A model generated the notes under the pieces. The model ran no database searches, was not told where the DNA came from, and saw only the letters and a program-made list of their open reading frames with translations. From contig CAYQXJ010000001.1 of NCBI GenBank assembly GCA_964421565.1, positions 192,241 through 256,240 on the forward strand: DNA of 64,000 nucleotides, written 5' to 3'. Each line of letters starts with the position of its first letter. Position 1 is the first letter of the stretch. Of the stretch, positions 48,837 through 57,657 are shown piece by piece. This DNA is from an uncultured candidatus Brocadiaceae bacterium (GTDB lineage: Bacteria > Planctomycetota > Brocadiia > SM23-32). Position numbers and translations under genes: made by a program.

Positions 48837-50812
48837 GCAATGCACTCAGCCGAAGGACACGAGGTACGAGAGGAGCCGGCATGAAGGGATGGGCATCGGT
48901 TTGTGGACTGGTTATCGCACTTCTGTTTCTGAACGGACGCGGGACGATGGCGCAAGAGCAGTGGCGGGCGGACTTCGACGGCAAGGGCGGCATGTGGGGC
49001 ATAGTGCACGATGAGGCGTTCCTGCCGCTGGGCGGAATCTACCAGATAGCAACGCCCCAGTGGAAGCCCTACGCCGGAACGGACGACGCGCGTGAAGTCG
49101 CCTACGCGGCGTCGGGACAGGTGCGCCGCTGGTCGGCTAAAGTGCCTCTCGGTGACGAACGCAGCTTCCGCTGCGACGAGACGGTACGGGAGACGCCGGA
49201 TCACGTCGAGCTGAGGCTGAAGGTCCGGGCGGAGCAGGAGGTGACGCTCGACGGCATCTACTATCGGCTGAACGTGCCGCTCTCGTTCTTCGCCGGCGGC
49301 GTCTGCCGACTGGGAACTCAAGACGAGCCTGCCCCGCTCGCCGAGAACGGCGAGGACAAGGTTTGCGCCGGCACTGCGCGCAGCATTCATTTCGCTGACG
49401 AAGACGGGAACTGGGCCATCGACGTCGAGTTCGACCGCGAGTGTCGAATATCCGTGAACCGCCGCTCCTGGGGCCTGCAGCCGCACTATGACGCGCTGGT
49501 GCAGTTCCACCATGGCGCCATCGGACGCGGCCAGAGTGCCGAACTCGGGGTGCGCATCGCAGTGAAGGGGCGGTCCGACAGGGCGCCGGCGACCGTGCGC
49601 CTGCTGCCGTCCGAAGAAATGTACGAGCTGGACGGCTTCGGGGGCAACTACTGCTACTGGCCCGACGGGCCGGACGTCGAGTACACCCTCGAGCAACTGA
49701 AGCCGCGATGGGCGCGCACACAGATGGCGCTCGACTTCTGGGAGGAGGAGAACGACAACTCCGACCCGAACGCGGTCGACTGGAGCGCATTCCAAGATGT
49801 AGAGCGAGGGCAGTGGATACTGAAAGGCGAGATGGAGGCCGCCCGCGAGATCAAGCAGCGCGGCATACCGCTCATCATAAGCGTATGGCGAGTGCCCGAA
49901 TGGATGCGCGAAGAGGAAGGCGGCATCAACCCGGCCGCTTCAGCGGAGCTTGCAGAGTCGGTGACCGCCTACCTGATCTATGTGCGCGATAAGTACGGCG
50001 TAGAACCCGAGCTGTTCAGTTTCAACGAGCCCGACCTGCGCAACATCCGGGACCCACAACACTACCGAGGCATCATCCGGTCGATCGGCGAACGTCTCGA
50101 GCGCGAAGGGCTGAAGACGCGCATCCTGGCCGCCGATACCGCCAACCCCCGGGGCGACAAGCTGGACTACGCCAAACCGGCCCTGGAGGACCCGCAGACG
50201 CGCCGCTTCATGCGCGGGCTCTCCTTCCATAGCTGGGGCGGGGCCACCGCCGAGCGCTACGGCGAATGGTCCGCCCTCGCGCGCAAGCACGACCTGCCGC
50301 TCTTCGTGGCGGAGATCGGGCCGAACGCCCTCGCCCACCGCCGGCACGCGAGCGGCACGCAGTCCTACGCCCTGCAGGAGTTGCGGATGTACCAGGAACT
50401 GCTGCTCCATGCGCGGCCGCAGGTGCTGCTCGAATGGGAATACGGAGGCAGCTACCCCCTGCTGCTGGAAAAGGGCGGGGCGCTGGAGCCGACCTACCGC
50501 TACTGGTTGATGAAGCACTACGCCACGCTCACGCCGCAGCCGGGCGTTGCGATCGGCAGCGAGAGCGACCACCCCGACGTGTTGCTGACTGCGTTCCGTA
50601 ATGAAGGGGGAACGGAATGGGCGGCTCACGTGGCGAATCTCGGCGCATCGCGCGTCGTGCGGGTGGTGGGCGTGCCGGCGCAGGTGCGCGAGGTCAGCCT
50701 GGTGACGAGCAACCCGGGCATGGGTTTCGAGTCGCTCGGCTCCGCAGCGGTAAGCGGCGGCGCGCTGGAACTGAGCCTGCCCTCGCGCTCGCTGACGACG
50801 CTGACGTGGTAG
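48833..50812 (+). CDS. Secreted glycoside hydrolase, clan GH-A (GH30/GH5-like TIM barrel plus beta-sandwich)
   Basis: 659 aa. The signal peptide (MKGWASVCGLVIALLFLNG) begins at an internal Met (48881). Acid/base NEP motif FSFNEPDL. Confidence 0.6.
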   Translation: MSNALSRRTRGTRGAGMKGWASVCGLVIALLFLNGRGTMAQEQWRADFDGKGGMWGIVHDEAFLPLGGIYQIATPQWKPYAGTDDAREVAYAASGQVRRWSAKVPLGDERSFRCDETVRETPDHVELRLKVRAEQEVTLDGIYYRLNVPLSFFAGGVCRLGTQDEPAPLAENGEDKVCAGTARSIHFADEDGNWAIDVEFDRECRISVNRRSWGLQPHYDALVQFHHGAIGRGQSAELGVRIAVKGRSDRAPATVRLLPSEEMYELDGFGGNYCYWPDGPDVEYTLEQLKPRWARTQMALDFWEEENDNSDPNAVDWSAFQDVERGQWILKGEMEAAREIKQRGIPLIISVWRVPEWMREEEGGINPAASAELAESVTAYLIYVRDKYGVEPELFSFNEPDLRNIRDPQHYRGIIRSIGERLEREGLKTRILAADTANPRGDKLDYAKPALEDPQTRRFMRGLSFHSWGGATAERYGEWSALARKHDLPLFVAEIGPNALAHRRHASGTQSYALQELRMYQELLLHARPQVLLEWEYGGSYPLLLEKGGALEPTYRYWLMKHYATLTPQPGVAIGSESDHPDVLLTAFRNEGGTEWAAHVANLGASRVVRVVGVPAQVREVSLVTSNPGMGFESLGSAAVSGGALELSLPSRSLTTLTW

Positions 50813-50929
50813 TTCCGCCGTTGCCGTCGAGGGCCGGTTCCGATTGAGTGGGGCGTGACCTTGCGCTACCATATGCACGGGGAAGATGCACTCCTGTGCG
50901 AGACGACTCTATGAAGAAGGGGGGGCTGC

Positions 50930-51964
50930 ATGGGCGTTGTCAGCGAGCGTATACGGCCGAGCGTTCAGCGTCTGGTCGAGGGGGCGATCGAGGGCAACAG
51001 TGTCAGTGAACCGGCGGATGTCGCCATGCTGCTGGAGTTGCCGCTGTTCTGCGCGGAATCGGCCATGGTTCAGGCGGCGGCTCGCCGGCTGAGCGAGCAG
51101 GCGTGTGACGGCCTGGCGGAAGTGCACGCACAGACTTCGGTCAACATCGCGCCTTGCCCGAAAGACTGCGCCTTCTGCTCCTTCGCCCGCCAGAACGGAA
51201 TCTTCACCGAGGCGAAGGAACTGCCCATCGAGTACACGGTGGAAAAGTGCCGGCAGTTCGAAGCCGACGGCGCCAACGCCGTGCTGCTGATGGCTACCGG
51301 CAACTACCCGTTCGCGCGCTTCCTGCAGGTGGGGGCCGAGGTGCGGGATGCGCTGCGCGCCGACACGCTGCTTGTTGCCAACGTGGGAGACTTCGACCTG
51401 GAGGAGGGCCGGGAACTCGTGCAGGCCGGCTTCAGCGGCATCTACCACGCCGTGCGGCTCGGCGAGGGGCGAGACACCCGGATACCGGTCGAACGCCGGA
51501 TCGAGACCTTCCGCGCCGGGCGGGAAGTCGGGCTCACGCTCGGCACCTGCCTGGAGCCTGTGGGCCCCGAACACACGACGGACGAACTCGTCGAGAAGCT
51601 TCTCATCACTCGCGACGCCCGACCGGCCTACAGCGGCGCCGCCCGCCGCATACCCATTCCCGGCACGCGCCTGGGCAAGCTGGGCCAGGTGAGCGAGGCC
51701 CGCATGGCCCATATCATTGCCGTCGCACGCCTGGTGCTGCCCCTCAGCACGAAGGGCAACTGCACGCACGAGCCCTGCGTGAGCGGCGCTCTCGTGGGGG
51801 CGAACCTGATGTGGGCCGAGGCCGGGGGCAACCCGCGCGACACCAACGAGAAGACCGAAGAGGCGCGCGGACGCACCGTGGCCGATATCCGCCAGGTCTA
51901 CGCGGAGGCCGAATGGGAGTGCCTGGACGGAGCCTCGGTCATCTACACCGTCGCGCCCGAGTGA
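50930..51964 (+). CDS. Radical SAM enzyme of the ThiH/CofH/MqnC/MqnE-like subgroup
   Basis: 344 aa. Cluster motif CPKDCAFCSF (C-x3-C-x-F-C-x-F), seen in MqnC/MqnE/CofG/CofH/HydG-type enzymes. Length matches MqnC/MqnE. Confidence 0.6.
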   Translation: MGVVSERIRPSVQRLVEGAIEGNSVSEPADVAMLLELPLFCAESAMVQAAARRLSEQACDGLAEVHAQTSVNIAPCPKDCAFCSFARQNGIFTEAKELPIEYTVEKCRQFEADGANAVLLMATGNYPFARFLQVGAEVRDALRADTLLVANVGDFDLEEGRELVQAGFSGIYHAVRLGEGRDTRIPVERRIETFRAGREVGLTLGTCLEPVGPEHTTDELVEKLLITRDARPAYSGAARRIPIPGTRLGKLGQVSEARMAHIIAVARLVLPLSTKGNCTHEPCVSGALVGANLMWAEAGGNPRDTNEKTEEARGRTVADIRQVYAEAEWECLDGASVIYTVAPE

Positions 51965-51991
51965 ACTGGCATCGTGGCGCCGTCTCGAGCG

Positions 51992-52816
51992 CTATCCCTT
52001 ACCCTCATCCGCCGCGGGATGGTTGAGCACCATACGGCGCAGCCAGCGGCGTAGGCGGGGATGTTCCGACTTCGGGAAGCCGTGGCCGACATCTGCCATC
52101 AGTTCGTGCTGCACCTTCGCGCCGGCCTCCCTTGCCTTTGCCTCCACGCGGCTTAACCAGCGTCCGCTCCGCTCGCCCTGTAGCAGCAGCATGTGACGGT
52201 CCCGCAGCGCGTCGTACTGCTTCAGGTGGGCGCCGCCCTCAATGAAGAAGAACGCGCCGACGTGACCGAGCAACTCCTCGGCGTGGGTATTGAGCAACAC
52301 GGCCGTGGTGTTCGCGCCGTTGGAGAAACCGCCCATGGCGCTGCGCTCGGGGTCGGCGTTGGGCACCATCTCGTGCAGCTTGCCGAGCATCACCCGGTAG
52401 GCTCGCCAAACCGCCTCGGCATCGCCATCGTGGATGAAGAGCCTGCTCCAGCGGTTATCCGCGTCGAGGGGCGCCACTTCCGCTTTGAACAGCGGCATGC
52501 GGACGCAGACGAAGTCCTGCCCTTCCGTGACCGCCGGCCCCGGCGACGCCGTATCGCCGTTGCCGCCCGCCCCGCCGCCGAGGAAGATCAGGAGCGGGTG
52601 GCGCCTCGTGGGATCGTAGTCCTGCGGCAGAGCGATGGTCATCTGCGGATTCGCTTTGCTGTCCGCCGCCATGCGGGCCAGGTGCGGAGCAAGCTCCGGG
52701 AAGCTCACCGTCACGCTCTCGCCGGGTCGCAGGGCGAGCTCCGGGGTCCGGGCGTGTGCGCTCGCGCACACCAGGGCCAGCAGAACGGCGCACAGCGCAT
52801 GGATCATGGGAAGCAT
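51992..52816 (-). CDS. Secreted alpha/beta-hydrolase (esterase; GxSxG = GFSNG)
   Basis: 274 aa. Signal peptide, nucleophile elbow GGFSNGA, esterase/PHB-depolymerase-like fold. Confidence 0.65.
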   Translation of the reverse strand: MLPMIHALCAVLLALVCASAHARTPELALRPGESVTVSFPELAPHLARMAADSKANPQMTIALPQDYDPTRRHPLLIFLGGGAGGNGDTASPGPAVTEGQDFVCVRMPLFKAEVAPLDADNRWSRLFIHDGDAEAVWRAYRVMLGKLHEMVPNADPERSAMGGFSNGANTTAVLLNTHAEELLGHVGAFFFIEGGAHLKQYDALRDRHMLLLQGERSGRWLSRVEAKAREAGAKVQHELMADVGHGFPKSEHPRLRRWLRRMVLNHPAADEGKG

Positions 52817-52842
52817 AGTCCGGCTCCTTGCTCAAAGCGCCC

Positions 52843-53769
52843 TCACGCCGGGCGCAGTTCCTCGATCTCGCGTGCGAGGCGCTCGCATGCCTGCACATAG
52901 TGGGCGTCGCCGAAGACGCGCACGTGGAGCATCATCGTGTTGAGCCAGTATACGCGGCAGCGACGCATGAAGCCCGACCGCAAGGGATGACGCCGCGAGT
53001 ACGCGTCGAAGAAAGCATTGCCGACCGTGCGGAAGACCAGCAGGTAGGCGAGCTCAAACTCCACCTCGCAGTAGGAAGCGCCCCCGTCGACGAAGCCGCT
53101 GACGCGCGGCGCATCGGGCCGCACGATGATGTTAGTCGCCCACAGATCGCCGTGGACAAGTGTCGGCTCGCCGAACTCGGGCAGCCAGTCGGGCAGCTCG
53201 TCCAGCAGGGCTTCGATGCTGTGCCTGGCCTTCGTGCTGAGGCGCGGCGCGGCCGCGTCGAACTCCGAGCGGATCCTCGGCGCGAACTCCTCCAGCCAGC
53301 TCTCCTTGCCCTCGGCGGCGGGCTGGAGGGCACTTCCGTAGCGGGCGCGCCTGTGCTCGTGCAGGCGGGCCACGATGCCGGCCATGTCGCGCTGCAGGGC
53401 GCGACGCTCGCCCGGGCTCAGATGCACCTGGCCCAGGTTCGCCCCCGGCAGGCGTTCCATCATCAGGCAACTGCCGTCGAAGACATCTCCGCTCACGTCC
53501 ACGCCGTAAGGCTGCGGCACGGGAAAGCGCGTGTGCTGGCGATACCAGTCGAGCACTCGGAACTCATGCTCGAAGCCCCGGTGCCGTGGCCGGCCGGAGA
53601 GCTTGGCGACGAGCCTGGCGGGCTCTCCATCGGTGGTCAGCTCAAGCACGCTGTTGATCATCCCGCCGTGAAGGCGCCGCATGCCGGTTACCGTCAGATC
53701 GCCCGGCAGGAACCGGCGCAGCAGCAAGGTGGCGCACTCGGGTGTGATCGTTGTCGTGTCGAAGGCCAT
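52843..53769 (-). CDS. Phosphotransferase-family kinase (APH/choline-kinase-like)
   Basis: Genuine start MAFDTTTIT, which is aa 325 of the 52843..54741 ORF. Brenner motif LVHGDLWATNII and downstream D-x-E. Confidence 0.7.
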   Translation of the reverse strand: MAFDTTTITPECATLLLRRFLPGDLTVTGMRRLHGGMINSVLELTTDGEPARLVAKLSGRPRHRGFEHEFRVLDWYRQHTRFPVPQPYGVDVSGDVFDGSCLMMERLPGANLGQVHLSPGERRALQRDMAGIVARLHEHRRARYGSALQPAAEGKESWLEEFAPRIRSEFDAAAPRLSTKARHSIEALLDELPDWLPEFGEPTLVHGDLWATNIIVRPDAPRVSGFVDGGASYCEVEFELAYLLVFRTVGNAFFDAYSRRHPLRSGFMRRCRVYWLNTMMLHVRVFGDAHYVQACERLAREIEELRPA

Positions 53770-53888
53770 CGCGTGGCAGCGGCGTGTGCTATGGGAGAGC
53801 GAACCGAAGGCAGGGAGTCTAACGCCTGTGTAAGGCGCCCGCAAGCGGCCTGCCCCGGCCGCCGCCGCTGCGGAGGCGGCGCGTGGAT

Positions 53889-53918
53889 TTGACTTCATTT
53901 CTGCAGGTTGCCTATAAT
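53889..53918 (+). promoter_or_regulatory. Near-consensus sigma-70 promoter TTGACT-N18-TATAAT
   Basis: ttgacttcatttctgcaggttgccTATAAT. Both hexamers match consensus, which is striking in a ~65% GC background. It precedes the 54118 hypothetical gene by ~200 nt. Confidence 0.5.
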
Positions 53919-54117
53919 GCCCGCTCTGGCAATGGGCCTCTTTGAATCCACGAATATGCCGCTGAGGGGGACGGGCGGACCGAAGGAGAGAGAGTTGGCA
54001 GGCGACCCGAAGGATAGGACGAGGAAGCGCCCGGCATCCCCCCAATCGCCCGACGGCTCGGGAGGCCCCGAGATCGGATGGGGCTTCGTCGCCGAGGACG
54101 CGGACGAAGCATACTTC

Positions 54118-54525
54118 ATGCGGAGGGTGGTCTTCTCCGTTATGGTCGCCGTCGTGGCGTGCACTGGTGTCTGGATTCTGGTGACGGCGGTGGCCGAGAG
54201 CACGGCGCCCGGCCCCGTGCTCGTGGCTCCGGCCCGCTCGCCTGGCGCGCGAACACTCTACACCGTGGTGCTGCGGCAAGTGGAGCGCAACCAGCAAGCC
54301 GCCATGCGGCAACTGGTCAGCGCGCCCGGCATGCAGGCGCTGGCGCAGGAAAGCGAGTTTCAGTTCATGCCCCTTAGCGACGGCAGCATCGCCCTCTGTG
54401 TGGGCAAGGCTGAACGGCCCGATCACCCCGGGCTGCTGGACCTGCGCGAACGGTTCCGCAAGTTCGCCACCGGCCAGGGAAGCCGCCCCTTCGCATCGGC
54501 CACTATCAAGGAATACACCGAATAG
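54118..54525 (+). CDS. Hypothetical membrane-anchored protein (start uncertain; possible upstream starts near 53932)
   Basis: High-GC3 coding frame. MRRVVFSVMVAVVACTGVWILVTAV TM helix. Lies opposite the low-complexity N-terminal part of the 52843..54741 ORF, which looks spurious. Confidence 0.45.
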   Translation: MRRVVFSVMVAVVACTGVWILVTAVAESTAPGPVLVAPARSPGARTLYTVVLRQVERNQQAAMRQLVSAPGMQALAQESEFQFMPLSDGSIALCVGKAERPDHPGLLDLRERFRKFATGQGSRPFASATIKEYTE

Positions 54526-54568
54526 ACTCGCCCCGTTACCTGAAACTGCATAACACAGGAGAACTACC

Positions 54569-54829
54569 GTGTCCCTGGACAAGAGCCTGAAGCGAAACGA
54601 CATGCTGAGGCGTCGGCGCAACGTGCTGACGCGGGCGGAACGCATCGAACGCCTGAAGGAAGACGAGGATTTCGACCCCGAGCAGGAGTCCGTGTTCGGC
54701 CTGCCGAAGGTCAAGCCCGCCGCCGTCATCGTGGCACCCAAGCGGGCCGAGGAGGAAGAGGGCGAAGAGGAGGGCGAAGCCCTGGAGGCCGGCGAGGAAG
54801 CGGCCGAGACGGAAGCCGCCGAGCAGTGA
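54569..54829 (+). CDS. Small basic protein (Sbp-like) with acidic C-terminal tail
   Basis: 86 aa, GTG start after a GGAG motif. MSLDKSLKRNDMLRRRRNVLTRAERIERLKE...VFGLPKV. From memory it resembles the small-basic-protein family of PVC and delta-proteobacteria. Glu-rich tail. Confidence 0.5.
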   Translation: MSLDKSLKRNDMLRRRRNVLTRAERIERLKEDEDFDPEQESVFGLPKVKPAAVIVAPKRAEEEEGEEEGEALEAGEEAAETEAAEQ

Positions 54830-54902
54830 GGGTCCGCCGCCCCGCCCCGCTGCCCCGATTACACTCCATCGCCATTGTCGCATCGGCGCCGAGGTAACCT
54901 GT

Positions 54903-56009
54903 ATGAACCCCAGCCGTCTGATCGCCGACCGGATGAGCCAGATCGACTCCTCCGGCATCCGCAAAGTGTTCGACCTGGCCAGAAGCCTCAAGAACCCCAT
55001 CAACCTGAGCATCGGCCAGCCTGACTTCGACGTGCCGGAGCCCGTCAAGGCGAGCGCCATGCATGCCATTGAGACGGGCAAGAACAAGTACACCGTGACG
55101 CAGGGCATACCGGAACTGCGTGCCGCTGTGCTGCAGCAGGAGAAGCAGGCCAGCGGCATCGCGTACGACCACGTGCTGATCACCACCGGGGTCTCCGGCG
55201 CCATGGTGCTCGCCTTTATGGCGCTGGTGAATCCGGGCGACAAGGTGGCGATCCCCGACCCCTACTTCGTGATGTACAAACACCTGTGCCGCCTGCTCGG
55301 GGGTGAACCGATCTTCGTCGACACATATCCTGACTTCCACCTGACACGCGACAGGCTGGAAGAGGCCGGTGCCGGCGATGCCAAACTGCTGATGCTCAAC
55401 AGCCCCTCGAACCCGACGGGCATGATCATCCCGGATAAGGACCTGCGCGGGATTGCGAAGTGGGCGAAGCAGAAAGACGTGTTCATCGTGACTGACGAGA
55501 TATACCGCGCGTTCTGCTATGACAAGCCATTCCGCAGCATCGCGGCGCATACCGACCAGGTTCTGCTGCTGAACGGGTTCAGCAAATCGTGCGCAATGAC
55601 CGGCTGGCGCCTCGGCTATGCGATCGGCCCGAAGGGCGTCATTGATGAGATGGCGAAACTTCAGCAGTACAGCTTCGTCTGCGCTCCGTCCATCGTGCAG
55701 TACGCCGGCGTAGTCGCCCTCTCACTCGCAACCGAGCCGCACGTGCGGGTCTACAAGGCGAAACGCGACATGCTCTACAAGGGCCTGGCCCGCAGATTCA
55801 GGCTGCATAAGCCGGAGGGGGCGTTCTACGCTTTCGTGGAAGCGCCCGGCGGCGACGGCGATGCCTTCTGCGAGAAGGCGATAGAGCACAACGTGCTGAT
55901 CATCCCCGGCAGCGTCTTCAGCGAGAAGTCATCCCATTTCCGCCTTTCCTTCGCCGCCGACGATCGCGACATCGAGGAGGGCGTCGAGGTCCTCTGCTCC
56001 CTCGCCTGA
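54903..56009 (+). CDS. PLP-dependent aminotransferase, class I/II (aspartate aminotransferase family)
   Basis: 368 aa. NPTG, SKSCAMTGWRLGY (PLP lysine) and FRLSF blocks. Confidence 0.85.
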   Translation: MNPSRLIADRMSQIDSSGIRKVFDLARSLKNPINLSIGQPDFDVPEPVKASAMHAIETGKNKYTVTQGIPELRAAVLQQEKQASGIAYDHVLITTGVSGAMVLAFMALVNPGDKVAIPDPYFVMYKHLCRLLGGEPIFVDTYPDFHLTRDRLEEAGAGDAKLLMLNSPSNPTGMIIPDKDLRGIAKWAKQKDVFIVTDEIYRAFCYDKPFRSIAAHTDQVLLLNGFSKSCAMTGWRLGYAIGPKGVIDEMAKLQQYSFVCAPSIVQYAGVVALSLATEPHVRVYKAKRDMLYKGLARRFRLHKPEGAFYAFVEAPGGDGDAFCEKAIEHNVLIIPGSVFSEKSSHFRLSFAADDRDIEEGVEVLCSLA

Positions 56010-56109
56010 CCCCTGCCGACCGTTGGGACTCGCGTGCCGGGGTTGCAGTTGAGCTTCGCCCCGGGCTGCCGCCGCCGAGCGCCTCGGCGCCGAGCTCTGG
56101 GCGCGCTGA

Positions 56110-57549
56110 CTACGGTGAGTAGACGAGCGTGACTATGCTGCGCGGGGGCATGGTAATGTGCAGCTTACCGCCGACCATCTCCACGGGCTGCAGCTCTGCG
56201 GCGCGTTCTTCGTCGCTGGTCCTATACATCTGAAAACTGGCGGACGCAGGCAAGCCCGAAACCCGGACATTGGCCGGTCGTGGCCGGTCGTGGGGGTTGA
56301 GGAGGACGAGCGTTATTCCGACATCATTCGGGTGCTTGTAGGCGCTTGCCATGACTTCGCCGTACGCGGGGTCGGCTTGTACCCGAACTGAGTCCGGTGG
56401 TATGAAGCGAAAATAGTGGACGGCTGCGTACGTCTTGGGGGTGTAGGTGGGGCCATCGTCGGAGAGCACCATGAGGCAGTGCGTATTGGGGCCGCGGCCG
56501 ATGACCTGCCACGGCACAAAGGCGCTGCAATTGCCCGCCACAAGGGCGTTGTGGATGCCCGTGGCGACGCCGTTGCGTATCGGCTCGGGCCATTCGTGCG
56601 CGCCGGTGCCGCCTTCAGTAATCCAGAAGGGCTTGTCGTAGGGTTCTATCAGCTCCCAGAACCGCCGCGAGCTGTTTGCGTTGATGTCCATTGTAAAGCC
56701 GTCGTCGGCATAGCCATGCGTGGCGAAGACGTCCAGATGCCGGCTTGCCTCGGGGTGGCTGACGAGTGCCTGCACGTAGTCCGGCGTCCCCCCCTCGTAG
56801 AAGTGGCTCGTCATGGTTTCGGGGCCGAAGATTTTCACGTGTCCGTAGCCCTCTTCCTCGAGCATGCGGCCGAGGATGGCCACGATCTGCGCGTAATCCT
56901 CGCCCGTCCATACGCAGCTCTCGAAGGTCTGAGAGAACTGCACCTCGTTGCCGGGGCTGACGGCGTAGAGCGGGGCGCCGCGGGCTTCGTGCAGCTTCAC
57001 CATCTCGACCATCCATCTGGCGAAATGGTCGAAGTATTGCGGCAGCACGCGGTTACGACTGCCGCGATAGCTGTGTGCTCGCGCTCCGCCAGGCTCTTTG
57101 CGGGTGATGGAGCGGTTCTCCTTCATCCAGGCCGGCGGGCTCCACACCGTGCCGATGATCTTGACGTCGGGGTTGAGTTCGCGAATGCCCTTGCCGAAGT
57201 CCACAAATACCTGTGCCCGCCCGCCGTTGACAGACATGTCGAAGTCCTGCCAGCGTATGTTGCGCCAGTCCTCGACGGGCTCCGGCGAGACGGGGCCCCA
57301 GAGGTTCACCCGTAGCATGTTGCAGCTCAGCTCATCGACGTACATGCGCTGGAACTGCGGCGTGCGGTAGAGCTCCTGGAAGCGGCTGACCCAACTGACC
57401 AGGCAGGTGCCGAAGCCCTCGATGCGCTGGTGTTCCTTGCTGAGGTCCACGGAAATCTCGGCGGTTTCGGCGCCGAGCGCTGCGAACGTCATCCCCAGGA
57501 CAAAGATCATTGCGAGCGCGCGGTTCCACATCTTCACCTCTCCCCTCAA
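56110..57549 (-). CDS. Secreted glycoside hydrolase family 30-like (clan GH-A)
   Basis: 479 aa. Signal peptide. EGFG N-terminal motif, SPPAWMK, acid/base GNEVQ, C-terminal beta-sandwich. Confidence 0.7.
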   Translation of the reverse strand: MRGEVKMWNRALAMIFVLGMTFAALGAETAEISVDLSKEHQRIEGFGTCLVSWVSRFQELYRTPQFQRMYVDELSCNMLRVNLWGPVSPEPVEDWRNIRWQDFDMSVNGGRAQVFVDFGKGIRELNPDVKIIGTVWSPPAWMKENRSITRKEPGGARAHSYRGSRNRVLPQYFDHFARWMVEMVKLHEARGAPLYAVSPGNEVQFSQTFESCVWTGEDYAQIVAILGRMLEEEGYGHVKIFGPETMTSHFYEGGTPDYVQALVSHPEASRHLDVFATHGYADDGFTMDINANSSRRFWELIEPYDKPFWITEGGTGAHEWPEPIRNGVATGIHNALVAGNCSAFVPWQVIGRGPNTHCLMVLSDDGPTYTPKTYAAVHYFRFIPPDSVRVQADPAYGEVMASAYKHPNDVGITLVLLNPHDRPRPANVRVSGLPASASFQMYRTSDEERAAELQPVEMVGGKLHITMPPRSIVTLVYSP

Positions 57550-57657
57550 CTTTCGAAGACAGGACGTTCAGTTATGTTAGCGGAGGCGAGCGGGGCGGGC
57601 AACTCGGCGAACGGGTAGGCGGAGCCGGGGGCAGGGCGACGCGAGGGTGGCGGGCGC

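Noticed and set aside
53772-54741. N-terminal 324 aa of the long minus-strand ORF 52843..54741
   Set aside because: This part is Arg/Ser/His/Gly-rich low-complexity sequence. The kinase domain starts at an internal Met (MAFDTTTIT). The opposite strand carries a better-looking high-GC3 gene with a TM helix plus a consensus promoter.
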